A DNA stretch of 64,000 nt, from positions 5,893 through 69,892 of the forward strand of contig CACFBG010000004.1 of NCBI GenBank assembly GCA_902564535.1. The letters are read 5' to 3'. The DNA comes from an uncultured Prochlorococcus sp. (lineage in GTDB: Bacteria > Cyanobacteriota > Cyanobacteriia > PCC-6307 > Cyanobiaceae). Position 1 is the stretch's first letter. The number at the start of each line of letters is the position of its first letter. This document shows, in pieces, positions 42,172-52,477 of the stretch. Below the pieces are notes generated by a model. The model made no database searches, was not told the DNA's origin, and saw only the letters and a program-made list of their open reading frames with translations. The position numbers and the translations under genes are program-made.

Positions 42172-43388
42172 AAGGCACCAAATAACATTCCTATTTTTAC
42201 TTTCCAAGAAGAAATTGTAAATAATTTAAGCATTACAACTATCAATCTTGGTAAAGGGAGAGTGTTTGCCAAAAATGATGACCAATCCTTTCTCGGAAGT
42301 CTAAAGAAAGTAGCAAAGAAGCTACGCAAAAGATGTTCATCAAAACTCATAAGACGTCGCAATCCAAATTGATACAAACGATGTCTTTGAACCAGTTCTC
42401 TATCCCAAAGAACATTCCATCCCAGTTTTGCAATATCGGCTGATCCTAAAGCTGGTTCTAGTAATATTGCTTCAGCCAAAGTATTTGCCAAAGTTGGAGC
42501 TCTTCTTAAGAGGGCTCCTACCATATACCCAGAAGCAGGATGGACCATACTTGCCGACCCTCCAAAAGCCAACAATGGTTGTTTCCTATCAGGGAGAGGT
42601 AAATTCATAGGAAATAAACAATGTTCCTCATGAATTATCTCCTCAATTTTTACTCCTCTATGTGAAAGGCGCTTATGTAATCGCTCCTTTAGCTGAGTAA
42701 GTTCCATTGGAGGAAAACAAGCTAAAGATGTTTCTTCAACAAAAAAAAGTCCTTCTCCAAAATCCATTGCATATAAAAAACTGGGAGGTTCTCGCAATTG
42801 CTTCTTATTAAGATGGTCTGGACGAAAATCCATTAACACAAACTGTTCCTTTTCAACTGGAGGAAAGTTAAATCGGCCAACTACTCCATATGCAGCTTGC
42901 TGAGCCACTGGTCCATGATTTGGCCGTCTAATAAAACGTGATCTATGCCCACTAGCATCTATAACAACTCTGGCTTGATAAACATTTCCCGAAGAGCAAA
43001 CAACTTCAGTATTCATCTCTACAGGTCTTATTTCCATAGCTGTCTCAACATTCCAATTCAAATCACCACATCTAAGAAGTAATGAGTTTTGCAATGCTGT
43101 TTGATCAAATAGTCCATAATCAAAATTATGTAAGGTTGGTACTTGTCCTTTTTCACCAATACCATCTCCAAAATAACTAACAGTATTAGTCCAGCGATGA
43201 CCTAAAAGAGATGCTAATCCTAATGATTCAAGCTCTTCTGCCCAAATTCCATATGTATTTGGCCAAGGCTTATTAGGAGGATGTGAAGCTAAAGCAGTAA
43301 CAAGCAAACCTTTTTCAACAAGTTCAGCAACTATGCATAGAGCTGCTGGTCCAGCTCCCAACACAAGAACATCGGAGCAACTCTTCAA
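42168..43388 (-). CDS. crtL: CrtL-type lycopene cyclase. Beta versus epsilon type cannot be resolved by eye.
   Basis: N-terminal FAD fold VLVLGAGPAALCIVAEL and FLYAMDF-type cyclase motifs. Length is about 400 aa. Confidence 0.8.
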   Translation of the reverse strand: MKSCSDVLVLGAGPAALCIVAELVEKGLLVTALASHPPNKPWPNTYGIWAEELESLGLASLLGHRWTNTVSYFGDGIGEKGQVPTLHNFDYGLFDQTALQNSLLLRCGDLNWNVETAMEIRPVEMNTEVVCSSGNVYQARVVIDASGHRSRFIRRPNHGPVAQQAAYGVVGRFNFPPVEKEQFVLMDFRPDHLNKKQLREPPSFLYAMDFGEGLFFVEETSLACFPPMELTQLKERLHKRLSHRGVKIEEIIHEEHCLFPMNLPLPDRKQPLLAFGGSASMVHPASGYMVGALLRRAPTLANTLAEAILLEPALGSADIAKLGWNVLWDRELVQRHRLYQFGLRRLMSFDEHLLRSFFATFFRLPRKDWSSFLANTLPLPRLIVVMLKLFTISSWKVKIGMLFGAF

Positions 43389-43390
43389 TT

Positions 43391-46018
43391 TCAGTTAGAA
43401 GGAGAAACTTTTTTAGATTCAGCTCCAGCAATATTATTATCAGAAGCTTCTGATGAAGGAGATTGATTTTCCTGATCAGGTGGAACTAAAACCATTTCAG
43501 AAAGAAGATCTCCTTCATCAAGACGCTGAAGACGCACACCTGTAGCTGCTCTTGATTGTTGAGGGATTTTGTCAGCACTAGTTCTAACAATCACACCTTT
43601 CTCACTAACAAGTAATAGCTCCTCTCCTTTTCCTAAAACTCTTAACCCTACTAATTCATCTCCTTCTCTTCTAAATTTCATTGCTCTTAAGCCCATTCCA
43701 GCTCTTTTTTGCAATCTAAACTGAGTAACAGGTACTCGCTTCCCTAAACCACTTGCAGAAGCTACTAATACCCATGGACCCTCAACAATCTCTGAGCTTT
43801 CTGATGTTTCTTCTTCGTCACTACTACTTGCAATCTTATCGGCAAGCTCTATTGGCAAAACATCCATACTCACAAGGGAATCTTCAGAGCGTAAATTCAT
43901 TGATCTAACACCACGAGCAGTTCTTCCTAGAGGTCTCAATTCATCATCATTTAACCGAAAATGAATTGTCATTCCAGCTTTAGAGCCAATCAAAACACTA
44001 TCTCCTGAAGCTGCTAATCGGACCCATGTAAGTGCATCTCCCTCTTCCAGACCAATTGCAATAAGACCATTTGCCCGAATCTTACTGAAGGCAGCTAAAG
44101 AAGTTCTTTTAATAAACCCTCCTTTTGTAAGCATCACTAAATATGTATCTGCCTCAAAAGAAGTGACCGCCAAAAGTGAAGTAATAGCTTCTTCTCTAGG
44201 AATAGGTAGTAATTGAACTACTGGAGAACCTTTAGCCGCCCTACTGCAAAGGGGAACTCTATAAGCAGGTAAAGCATATGAAACTCCTCTATCACTAAAC
44301 AAAAGGAGAGTGTCGTGATCATTGCAACTAATAAAAAGTTTAACTGCATCCTCTCCATGACTTTTTGTCCCTGCTTTACCTCTAGTGCCTCTACTAGTCG
44401 CCTCAAATTCACTAACAGGCATTCTTTTTAGATAGCCTGTTTCAGTAAGCAAAACAACTGACCTCTCGTTAGCAATTAGATCTATGTCCTCTAGTCCTGC
44501 TCCTAAATCAAGGATTTCTGTAATTCTTGGAGATAGATAACGTTCTCTTAAGCTACTTAATTCAGATTTAATAATATCCAAAACTCTTTCTCTTCGTTCT
44601 AAAATATCTTTTAAATCTGCAATCTTTACCATCAAATCTTCATGCTCAAGCCTTATTTTATCTGCTTCTAAAGCAGTTAGTCTTCTAAGTTGCATCTGAA
44701 GTATTGCATCAGCCTGGGGGTCAGTTAAACCATGCAATTCTTGTAATTGTTTTCTTGCAGTTGGAGTATCAGAAGCAGCTCGAATCAATGCAATTATCTT
44801 ATCAAGATTATCTAATGCAACCAAAAGTCCTAAAAGAATATGATCTCTTTCTTCTGCTTTCCTAAGAAGGTATTGAGTTCTTCTTTCAATAGTTTTAATT
44901 CTAAAGTCAAGAAAGACTTGTAACATCTTTCTAAGGGTTAGCAATACAGGCTCTCCATCAACAAGAGCCAACATATTTGCACTAAAATTAGCCTGAAGCG
45001 GTGTAAGTTTAAAAAGATTATTTAGAACAACTTGAGGATAGGCTTCTCTTCTTAACTCAACCACTATTCTCATTCCATCTCTATCACTTTCATCTCTAAT
45101 ATCAGATATTCCTTCAAGTTTTTTTTCATTTACCATATATGCAATTCTTTCAATTAATGCAGCCTTATTAGTTTGATAAGGCAATTCAGTAATGATTACA
45201 GCATCTCTATCCTGCCTCCCAGAAGATTCTATTGTTTCTATATTTGCAACTCCTCTCATTGTTATTGATCCTCTTCCCGAAAGATAGGTTTCACGAATTC
45301 CATTCCTTCCTAATATTTGTCCTCCCGTTGGAAAATCAGGGCCTTTAACTATTTCCATAAGATCTTTATCAGTTAATTCTGGATTAGCTATTAAAGCTGT
45401 AAGTCCATCTATTAATTCACTTAAATTATGCGGAGGAATATTAGTTGCCATTCCAACTGCTATGCCTGAAGACCCATTTAGCAGTAATTGTGGAATGCGA
45501 GCAGGTAAAACACTAGGTTCTTGCTGTGAGCCATCAAAATTATCGGAAAAATCTACTGTCTCTGCTTCTATATCTTCCAGCAAACTATCAGTGGTTAAAG
45601 ATTGCAAGCGAGATTCTGTATATCGCATTGCAGCGGGAGGGTCATTATCAACTGAACCAAAATTTCCATGGCCATCAATCAAAGGCATTCGCATGGAAAA
45701 ATTCTGAGCCATGCGAACTAAAGCGTCATAAACAGCTGTATCGCCATGTGGATGATATTTACCTAAAACTTCCCCTACAACTCGAGCACATTTCCTATAA
45801 GGCCTATCACTAGTTAGGCCCAATTCATACATTGCATAAAGAATGCGACGGTGAACAGGCTTCAAACCATCTCGAGCATCTGGTAAAGCTCTTCCAACAA
45901 TGACACTCATCGCGTACTCCAAATAGGAGCGCGACATTTCATTCCTCAAATCTGTCTGGATGATCCGATCATCTGAATCACCGGGACCTACCATTTCTGG
46001 TCCCACAGGATCAGCCAT
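43391..46018 (-). CDS. gyrA: DNA gyrase subunit A
   Basis: DGLKPVHRR, the active-site region AAMRYTE, and C-terminal beta-pinwheel repeats. I prefer the ATG at 46018 (MADPVGPE...) over the TTG at 46036. Confidence 0.95.
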   Translation of the reverse strand: MADPVGPEMVGPGDSDDRIIQTDLRNEMSRSYLEYAMSVIVGRALPDARDGLKPVHRRILYAMYELGLTSDRPYRKCARVVGEVLGKYHPHGDTAVYDALVRMAQNFSMRMPLIDGHGNFGSVDNDPPAAMRYTESRLQSLTTDSLLEDIEAETVDFSDNFDGSQQEPSVLPARIPQLLLNGSSGIAVGMATNIPPHNLSELIDGLTALIANPELTDKDLMEIVKGPDFPTGGQILGRNGIRETYLSGRGSITMRGVANIETIESSGRQDRDAVIITELPYQTNKAALIERIAYMVNEKKLEGISDIRDESDRDGMRIVVELRREAYPQVVLNNLFKLTPLQANFSANMLALVDGEPVLLTLRKMLQVFLDFRIKTIERRTQYLLRKAEERDHILLGLLVALDNLDKIIALIRAASDTPTARKQLQELHGLTDPQADAILQMQLRRLTALEADKIRLEHEDLMVKIADLKDILERRERVLDIIKSELSSLRERYLSPRITEILDLGAGLEDIDLIANERSVVLLTETGYLKRMPVSEFEATSRGTRGKAGTKSHGEDAVKLFISCNDHDTLLLFSDRGVSYALPAYRVPLCSRAAKGSPVVQLLPIPREEAITSLLAVTSFEADTYLVMLTKGGFIKRTSLAAFSKIRANGLIAIGLEEGDALTWVRLAASGDSVLIGSKAGMTIHFRLNDDELRPLGRTARGVRSMNLRSEDSLVSMDVLPIELADKIASSSDEEETSESSEIVEGPWVLVASASGLGKRVPVTQFRLQKRAGMGLRAMKFRREGDELVGLRVLGKGEELLLVSEKGVIVRTSADKIPQQSRAATGVRLQRLDEGDLLSEMVLVPPDQENQSPSSEASDNNIAGAESKKVSPSN

Positions 46019-46171
46019 ATAAGAGCTGTGTGCCAAACACTAGATTATCTCGGCAACCGATGAGTTGTTGAGATAAAGCAAGAACTAATTTCTTTACTAA
46101 GGCTTTTTAAGTTAATTTTGTAAGTTCTCTGAGTCGCTTCTAAAATCCAAAAATAACTTTTGTTTTTAGAA

Positions 46172-46762
46172 ATGGACTCAAATAAAGATTCAATATCCAA
46201 GTTAAGTCAAGACATATTAAGAGAGGAATCTTTTACTAATGCAATTCATGATTCAACAAGAAGCGAAACCAAATCAAACATCTCTTATGAAATTTCGAAA
46301 GAAGAATCATCAAAGAACCTGAAGTCTTCAGTTCCTGACAATTCAAAAGAAGAATCACTGCGAACTTCTCTTGAGGATCTCAAACCCCAGCATCCCCTTC
46401 CTAATACCTCTAATTATGAAAGCGAAGATCGAACTGGAGGAGAATGGAACCTGCTCTTAAATAAGCTCATTGACTGGTTCAAGAAGCAAGACCCTAAAGA
46501 TCAAGCAGAAAGACTTTTGCAAGCATCAAAAGCTCTTTTAATACTGATAAGCACAATTATCTTTATAGGGACATATCAATCCATATTGAAAGGCCTTTCT
46601 GTCTTACCCCTAGCTCCAAGCCTGTTTGAACTAATAGGGGTTATATGGCTAATGAAATTCTCAATTCAGAAGATTATTCTGAAGCAGGATCAAGAAAATG
46701 TTTTACCTGAGCTAACCAAAACTCTTAGTTTTTTAAGGCTTTATGAGGAGAAGCGATCCTAA
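46172..46762 (+). CDS. CAAD-domain / CURT1(CurT)-like thylakoid membrane protein with an acidic Ser-rich N-terminal extension
   Basis: The C-terminal two-helix block ALLILISTIIFIGTYQSILKGLSVLPLAPSLFELIGVIWLMKF resembles the CAAD/CURT1 motif (...LP..P.L.EL.G). ATG at 46172. Confidence 0.5.
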   Translation: MDSNKDSISKLSQDILREESFTNAIHDSTRSETKSNISYEISKEESSKNLKSSVPDNSKEESLRTSLEDLKPQHPLPNTSNYESEDRTGGEWNLLLNKLIDWFKKQDPKDQAERLLQASKALLILISTIIFIGTYQSILKGLSVLPLAPSLFELIGVIWLMKFSIQKIILKQDQENVLPELTKTLSFLRLYEEKRS

Positions 46763-46841
46763 ACTCATTCTGTATTCACCATAAAAAGGAGTTTGACCTA
46801 CTCCTTAGTTGTTAATTTGGCGAGAGGTTCTTTCAGATGAT

Positions 46842-48005
46842 GTGAATACTCAGCTAGGTCACTCCAAAGTTGTTCGTCGTGCTTACGGTATCGATGAAAT
46901 TGCTCTTGTTCCAGGAGAACGAACAGTAGACCCAGAGGTTACTGACGCCAGTTGGGAGATAGGTGGCATACAAAGAGAAATTCCAATCATTGCGAGTGCT
47001 ATGGATGGAGTTGTTGATGTAAAAATGGCTGCTTCACTTTCAAAACTAGGTTCCCTTGGTGTTCTCAATCTAGAAGGTATTCAAACTCGATATGAGGATA
47101 CTGAAGCTGTTTTAAAAAGAATATCCAGCGTGGATAAAGAAAGTTTTGTGCCTTTAATGCAAGAGATATACAGCAAACCTATTCAAGTAGAGCTTATAAA
47201 AAAAAGAATAGGGGAAATAAAAGAGGAAGGTGGAATAGCTGCGGTAAGTGCCACTCCTGCAGCAGCAATACGTTTTAGAGAAACAATCAAATCTTCCAAT
47301 GTGGATCTTTTCTTTGTTCAAGCAACGGTTGTTTCAACTGAACATATTGGTCCCAAAGACAAAGAAACTCTGGATTTGCATTCTTTGTGCAATGGCATGG
47401 AAATACCAGTCATTCTTGGCAATTGTGTCACCTTTGAAGTAGCTCTTCAATTAATGAATGCAGGGGCTTCTGGAGTAATGGTTGGCATTGGTCCTGGAGC
47501 AGCATGTACTTCAAGAGGTGTTTTAGGGGTTGGGATACCTCAAGCGACTGCTATAGCTGATTGTGCAGCTGCTAGGAATGATTATGAGAAAAAGACTGGG
47601 AGATATGTACCAATAATTGCTGACGGAGGAATAGTTACAGGTGGAGATATTTGCAAATGCATTGCATGCGGTGCTGATGCAGTGATGATTGGATCTCCGA
47701 TTGCAAGAGCAAATGAAGCCCCTGGCAATGGTTTTCATTGGGGGATGGCAACTCCAAGTCCAGTACTTCCAAGAGGCACAAGAATTAAAGTTGGGTCAAC
47801 TGGAACACTTGAACGAATACTTAAGGGTCCGGCCCTTCTTGATGATGGGACCCATAATCTTCTTGGAGCAATAAGGACCTCAATGGGAACTCTTGGGGCC
47901 CGATCGATAAAAGAAATGCAAGAAGTAGAAATTGTTGTAGCTCCTTCTTTATTGACAGAGGGGAAGGTTTATCAAAAAGCTCAACAGCTCGGTATGGGCA
48001 AATGA
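46842..48005 (+). CDS. guaB: IMP dehydrogenase/GMP reductase family protein, short form without the CBS pair
   Basis: RRAYGIDEIALVPG, the catalytic-Cys loop GIGPGAACTSRGVLGVGIPQ, and ADGGI..GGDI.K. The GTG at 46842 gives about 387 aa; the ORF-track TTG start is 11 codons upstream. Confidence 0.8.
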   Translation: MNTQLGHSKVVRRAYGIDEIALVPGERTVDPEVTDASWEIGGIQREIPIIASAMDGVVDVKMAASLSKLGSLGVLNLEGIQTRYEDTEAVLKRISSVDKESFVPLMQEIYSKPIQVELIKKRIGEIKEEGGIAAVSATPAAAIRFRETIKSSNVDLFFVQATVVSTEHIGPKDKETLDLHSLCNGMEIPVILGNCVTFEVALQLMNAGASGVMVGIGPGAACTSRGVLGVGIPQATAIADCAAARNDYEKKTGRYVPIIADGGIVTGGDICKCIACGADAVMIGSPIARANEAPGNGFHWGMATPSPVLPRGTRIKVGSTGTLERILKGPALLDDGTHNLLGAIRTSMGTLGARSIKEMQEVEIVVAPSLLTEGKVYQKAQQLGMGK

Positions 48006-48061
48006 AAACAAGTAAATTCCCTAAGAAATAAATCAATAGTTAAGAGGCGTTAAGATCAAAA

Positions 48062-48124
48062 ACGTGAGGGCTTAAGCCCTCATACTCCTCACACCACCAG
48101 GCCCGACTTATGTTCGGGCTTTTT
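48062..48124 (+). ncRNA. yfr1: Yfr1 small regulatory RNA
   Basis: The order is stem-loop 1 (TGAGGGC-TTAA-GCCCTCA, 48065-48082), the single-stranded conserved motif ACTCCTCACAC (48084-48094), then stem-loop 2 with a T-run (GCCCGA-CTTATGT-TCGGGC-TTTTT, 48101-48124). It lies in the spacer between the guaB-like gene and trxA, where Yfr1 is described in marine picocyanobacteria. The 5' end is approximate. Confidence 0.8.
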
Positions 48125-48230
48125 GTATTTTCTATACTGGAGCATCACAGTTCGCACAGTTAAAGCGACAAATATCTCTAATAAGCAAAAACGGTTGCTA
48201 AATTTCCACGAGATAAGCTTTCGAAAAGGT

Positions 48231-48554
48231 ATGTCAAGCGCCACACCAGTAACTGATTCATCTTTTGAACAAGAAGTGCTTCAATGCGATGTCCCAGTAC
48301 TTGTTGATTTTTGGGCTCCTTGGTGTGGTCCCTGCAGGATGGTTGCACCAATTGTCGAAGAAATTTCCAAGGAATTTGAAGGGAAGGTAAAAGTTTTTAA
48401 ACTCAATACTGATGAAAATCCAAATGTTGCAAGTCAATATGGCATTCGCAGTATCCCTACATTAATGGTCTTCAAAGGAGGACAAAAAGTAGATACTGTT
48501 GTTGGTGCTGTTCCAAAAGCCACACTTGCAGGAACACTCTCCAAATACCTTTAG
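48231..48554 (+). CDS. trxA: Thioredoxin
   Basis: WAPWCGPCR active site. The ATG at 48231 gives a 107-aa protein. The ORF-track start at 48123 would run through the Yfr1 terminator. Confidence 0.95.
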   Translation: MSSATPVTDSSFEQEVLQCDVPVLVDFWAPWCGPCRMVAPIVEEISKEFEGKVKVFKLNTDENPNVASQYGIRSIPTLMVFKGGQKVDTVVGAVPKATLAGTLSKYL

Positions 48555-48589
48555 AAAATTATTTCCCAAATAGGAATCTAAGATCTCAA

Positions 48590-49225
48590 GTGGCTACACG
48601 TGTTGGCCTTATTGATTATGGAATGGGGAATTTATTCTCTGTCAGTAAGGTATTTGAACGACTTGGCAACCCATTAAAAATTGTCAGGTCGCAAAAAGAT
48701 TTTGATTTTTGCGATGCATTAATTCTTCCCGGAGTAGGAGCATTTGATCCTGCAATGGAACGTTTGCAAGAAAAAAAATTAATTACTTCCATAAAAAGTT
48801 GGAGCAAAGAAAATAAACCTTTATTAGGAATATGCTTAGGCCTTCAATTACTTTTTGATTCGAGTGATGAAGGGTCTCAGAAAGGCTTGGGTATAATCAA
48901 AGGTCATGTGAAACGCTTACCTGAAAAGACTGGAGAAAGAATTCCTCATATGGGTTGGTCTATTATAAATTCTATAAAACAATGTCCTATTCTTCCTCTA
49001 AAAGAGGATCCTAATTGGGTATATTTTGTCCACTCATATGCTGCAATAACTTCTAAGGAAGAAGATCTTGCAGCAACAACAAAATTTGGAGGAATTGATA
49101 TAACTGCAATTGTTTGGAAAGGGAGAGTGGGTGCATGTCAATTTCATCCGGAAAAATCAAGTAAAACAGGTCAAAAGATGCTTAGTAATTGGCTTAACTG
49201 GCTTGAGAAAGGAGCTCAATTCTGA
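48590..49225 (+). CDS. hisH: Imidazole glycerol phosphate synthase, glutamine amidotransferase subunit
   Basis: LPGVGAF, GICLGLQLL and HSY...QFHPEKS motifs. GTG start. Confidence 0.9.
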   Translation: MATRVGLIDYGMGNLFSVSKVFERLGNPLKIVRSQKDFDFCDALILPGVGAFDPAMERLQEKKLITSIKSWSKENKPLLGICLGLQLLFDSSDEGSQKGLGIIKGHVKRLPEKTGERIPHMGWSIINSIKQCPILPLKEDPNWVYFVHSYAAITSKEEDLAATTKFGGIDITAIVWKGRVGACQFHPEKSSKTGQKMLSNWLNWLEKGAQF

Positions 49226-49228
49226 ACA

Positions 49229-49819
49229 ATGAATCTTGATCTAAGACTTTCAGGAGGAAAGAAATTAAAAAGTCCCCCAGGGAGAGAAACTAGGCCAACA
49301 ACTTCTAGAGTGAGAGAAGCGCTAATGAATATTCTTAGAGAAAAATTAAATGGAAGTAATTGGTTAGATCTTTTTAGTGGGAGTGGTGTAATGGGTTGCG
49401 AAGCATTACAAAATGGAGCTCTAAAGGTATTAGCAATAGAAAAAAACAAAAAGACTGCTCAAATTTGTCGAGACAATCTTCTCTCTACTGCAGACTACTT
49501 ATCTGAAGTAAAATATGTAGGAGTCATTCAAAGTGAAGTAAATGCATTCTTAAGAAAAACATCTAGGAATATTAAAATTGAAGGTTTCGATGAAAATACT
49601 ATTTTCAACTTTGTTTACTTAGATCCTCCTTATAAGAATGAGAAAATCTATGCTGAAATACTTAAATCACTTGTAATAGGTAAGTGGCTCAAAAAAGACT
49701 CTATTGTGATCTGTGAACATTCAGCCAAGATACCAATTAATCCAGAATCAAAATGGATAGAAATTGATCGGAGAATTTATGGCAGCACCTCGTTGCTTTT
49801 AATCAGCCACCCAGACTAG
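49229..49819 (+). CDS. rsmD: 16S rRNA (guanine966-N2)-methyltransferase RsmD family
   Basis: RPT..RVREA.FN, LDLF.GSG..G.EA and LDPPY motifs. Confidence 0.8.
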   Translation: MNLDLRLSGGKKLKSPPGRETRPTTSRVREALMNILREKLNGSNWLDLFSGSGVMGCEALQNGALKVLAIEKNKKTAQICRDNLLSTADYLSEVKYVGVIQSEVNAFLRKTSRNIKIEGFDENTIFNFVYLDPPYKNEKIYAEILKSLVIGKWLKKDSIVICEHSAKIPINPESKWIEIDRRIYGSTSLLLISHPD

Positions 49820-49919
49820 TGCTACCTCTACGATATTGATTCCAAGCGGCTACAAACAATCCAAGGATTGTTATAGGGACTAATCCTAAAACGATTCCAC
49901 AGAGTAGAGGCTCAATCAT
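49803..49919 (-). CDS. petG: Cytochrome b6f complex subunit 5 (PetG), 38 aa; absent from the ORF track
   Basis: Manual translation gives [38 protein letters not shown], matching the conserved PetG pattern MIEPLL.GIVLGL.P.T..GLFV.A..QYRR. Confidence 0.9.
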   Translation of the reverse strand: MIEPLLCGIVLGLVPITILGLFVAAWNQYRRGSTSLGG

Positions 49920-49963
49920 CGACTCAAACCACCTAAATCAATTAAACACAATTCTTTCATGTC

Positions 49964-50365
49964 TTGGGAATTATCGTGACTAGCTCGTCATCAAATGTAG
50001 TTAGTAAGGAGCAAAACTCTAATAATCTCCTTAGAACACTGGCAATAATTGCCAGCACAATGTGGCTAATATTAATTTTGTGGGCAATTGATGTAACAAA
50101 AACAAATCCTTTCGTTAAAGCAACTCTAAATAAAGAAGGGTCTTTAGATAGAGGTGCAATGCTATTCAGAATCAACTGTGCCAGTTGCCATGGAATAGCA
50201 GCACAAGGACTCTTAGGACCTAGTCTTAAGCAAGTAAGTTTCCGCTTAACTGATTCACAACTTATTCAGCAAGTGATCGAAGGAAGGACTCCTCCTATGC
50301 CAAGCTTTGAAATTGAGCCCCAAACTATGGCAGATCTATTGGAATACCTTCACACAATTAATTAA
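49964..50365 (+). CDS. Membrane-anchored class I c-type cytochrome (CytM-like)
   Basis: N-terminal hydrophobic anchor, CASCHG haem-binding motif, and a distal Met context (TPPMPSF). The start is uncertain (TTG at 49964 or GTG a few codons in). Confidence 0.65.
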   Translation: MGIIVTSSSSNVVSKEQNSNNLLRTLAIIASTMWLILILWAIDVTKTNPFVKATLNKEGSLDRGAMLFRINCASCHGIAAQGLLGPSLKQVSFRLTDSQLIQQVIEGRTPPMPSFEIEPQTMADLLEYLHTIN

Positions 50366-51112
50366 TTGAACAAAAAAATAAAACACAATCCATTAGTTAT
50401 TGTTCTAGTAGAACCTTCAGGTGCAATAAATCTTGGGAGCATCGCAAGATTATGTGCAAATTATGAAATAGCTGAACTAAGGATAGTAGGAAATTCATGT
50501 GACCCCGACCACCCAGAAGCAAGAAAAATGGCAATCAAAGGGAAAGAGTTCTTAGAGAAATCACAAAAATTTGACACCCTTGTAGAAGCTTTAGCTGATT
50601 GTCATCGAGTAATTGCAACATGTGGAAGAATTCATCATGGAACTATTCCTATAGAAACAACTGAAAAAGCTTTACCTTGGTTTATGGAAACTATTAGTAC
50701 TAAACCAATCGCAATAATATTCGGGAGAGAAAGTAGAGGTCTTACAAATTATGAACTTCAACTAGCTCATAAAGTCATTACACTTAACTCTTCTGCAAAT
50801 TATCCATCTTTAAATCTTTCTCATGCTGTAGGAATAGTTCTCCACGAGGTCTATCAATACAAAAACAAGGCAAAAAAAGTATTAAGTATTAATTCACATA
50901 CCCTCTCTTCTCCTAAACAATTAAATGATTTAATTCTTGATGCAAAAGAACTGTTATTAGGGATAGGCTTCCTTTTCGAACATACGGCAAATGCAAGGAT
51001 GTCTAAAGTCAAATCTTTACTCAACCGAGCTGAGATCAGGCCTGAAGAGGTAGCTCTCATAAGAGGAATGTTAAGACAAATACGTTGGGCATTAAGCTCA
51101 AACAAGTCTTAA
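50366..51112 (+). CDS. SpoU/TrmH-family RNA 2'-O-methyltransferase (TrmJ-like)
   Basis: LVEPSGAINLGSIARLCANY, IFGRESRGLT and LNLSHAVGIVL motifs. Confidence 0.8.
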   Translation: MNKKIKHNPLVIVLVEPSGAINLGSIARLCANYEIAELRIVGNSCDPDHPEARKMAIKGKEFLEKSQKFDTLVEALADCHRVIATCGRIHHGTIPIETTEKALPWFMETISTKPIAIIFGRESRGLTNYELQLAHKVITLNSSANYPSLNLSHAVGIVLHEVYQYKNKAKKVLSINSHTLSSPKQLNDLILDAKELLLGIGFLFEHTANARMSKVKSLLNRAEIRPEEVALIRGMLRQIRWALSSNKS

Positions 51113-51141
51113 ACTTAGAGAACAATTCAAAATAAGGTTCT

Positions 51142-52239
51142 TTGTCAAGCAAAAAGATTTCAGAGCAACAAGAAAAAAACTATTTTAATATTTTTTTAAA
51201 GGTTACTTTCCTGGGGATTGGCTTAGGTGTTATAGCCGGCACATTACTCAAAATTAATGCCTTTAAAATTATAAAAGTAAGTCCTGAGGATCATAAGAAT
51301 ATTAGCAAAAATAATCAATACCAGAATGGGACTTTCTATAATTCAAAAAATAAAATCACAGGAACTTTATTTCCTTACTCATTAAGAAATAAGGATGAAA
51401 TAAAAGTCCTCAACTCAAGATGGAAAGAGCTTGCGCTAAAAAAAAGTGATCTCCAAGTAAGTGCTTTTATGCTGTTAATAGATGAGGGTAAATATGCACA
51501 GTTGTCACCAAATAAAATTCTTCCTGCAGCAAGTTCAATTAAAACAGCGATTCTACTAATGACTTTAGAAATGGTTGATGCAGGTCACATTAAATGGGAT
51601 GAAGAATTAACCCTTTCAAAAGATGTCATAGGAGGAGGTGCAGGGTGGATGTCATATCAACCATTGGGGACAACCTTTCCAATTCATGAAATTGCTACTG
51701 AAATGATAAGAATAAGTGACAACACAGCGACTAACTTACTAATTAAACGATTAGGAGGAAAAATTGCAATAAACAAATCACTAAAAAATTATGGCCTTAT
51801 TTCAACAGAAATTAAAAATTATCTACCTGATCTTGAAGGTAGTAATACAACTACTGCAAAAGATTTAGCTTATTTAATGGCCTTAGTTGATTCAGGTAAT
51901 TTACTAAGTTTTAGATCAAGAGATCTTTTTAGAGAAATTATGGCAACATCAAAAAGCAATAGACTCATTCCAGGAGGAATATTAGAAGGATTAAATGTCA
52001 AAAGCAAAGATATTGATTATAATTTAATGATAAAAGGTTATAAGGTCTATAATAAAACAGGGGATATAGGAATTGCTTATTCGGATTCAGGTTTAATTCA
52101 ATTACCAAACAATACAAGAGCAGTTGCAGGTTTCATTGTCAAAGGTCCATTTAATGATCCTCGTTCCTCTCAACTTATTAGAGATATGGCATCAGAGATG
52201 ATTCCTTTTTTAATACCTAAAAAAATAAAATTAGAATAA
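51142..52239 (+). CDS. Class A beta-lactamase-like serine hydrolase
   Basis: SxxK (ASSIKT), SDN and KTG(D) motifs in the correct order, with an N-terminal hydrophobic segment. Confidence 0.65.
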   Translation: MSSKKISEQQEKNYFNIFLKVTFLGIGLGVIAGTLLKINAFKIIKVSPEDHKNISKNNQYQNGTFYNSKNKITGTLFPYSLRNKDEIKVLNSRWKELALKKSDLQVSAFMLLIDEGKYAQLSPNKILPAASSIKTAILLMTLEMVDAGHIKWDEELTLSKDVIGGGAGWMSYQPLGTTFPIHEIATEMIRISDNTATNLLIKRLGGKIAINKSLKNYGLISTEIKNYLPDLEGSNTTTAKDLAYLMALVDSGNLLSFRSRDLFREIMATSKSNRLIPGGILEGLNVKSKDIDYNLMIKGYKVYNKTGDIGIAYSDSGLIQLPNNTRAVAGFIVKGPFNDPRSSQLIRDMASEMIPFLIPKKIKLE

Positions 52240-52477
52240 AAAATATATAAATACAACTATTTTTACTTATTCGAAAAATATTCCAAGTGCCCAGGTTCTA
52301 TTTTCTTTCTTTTAAAGTCCAAAACCTAACGAAAACAAGCCCAATATGTCATTCTAGAAAAACTGTTAGGTCTTAGAACTTCATTCCTCCTGATCCAGGG
52401 TTATGAAGTAAGGGTCTAAAAACCTAATTAGACCTAGCTATGAAACAATTCCTCAATACAAATCCAACAAAAACATC

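Noticed and set aside
48123-48230. 5' extension of the trxA ORF (the 143-aa version in the track)
   Set aside because: The extension begins inside the Yfr1 terminator T-run and adds 36 non-thioredoxin residues. The ATG at 48231 gives a canonical thioredoxin of about 107 aa.
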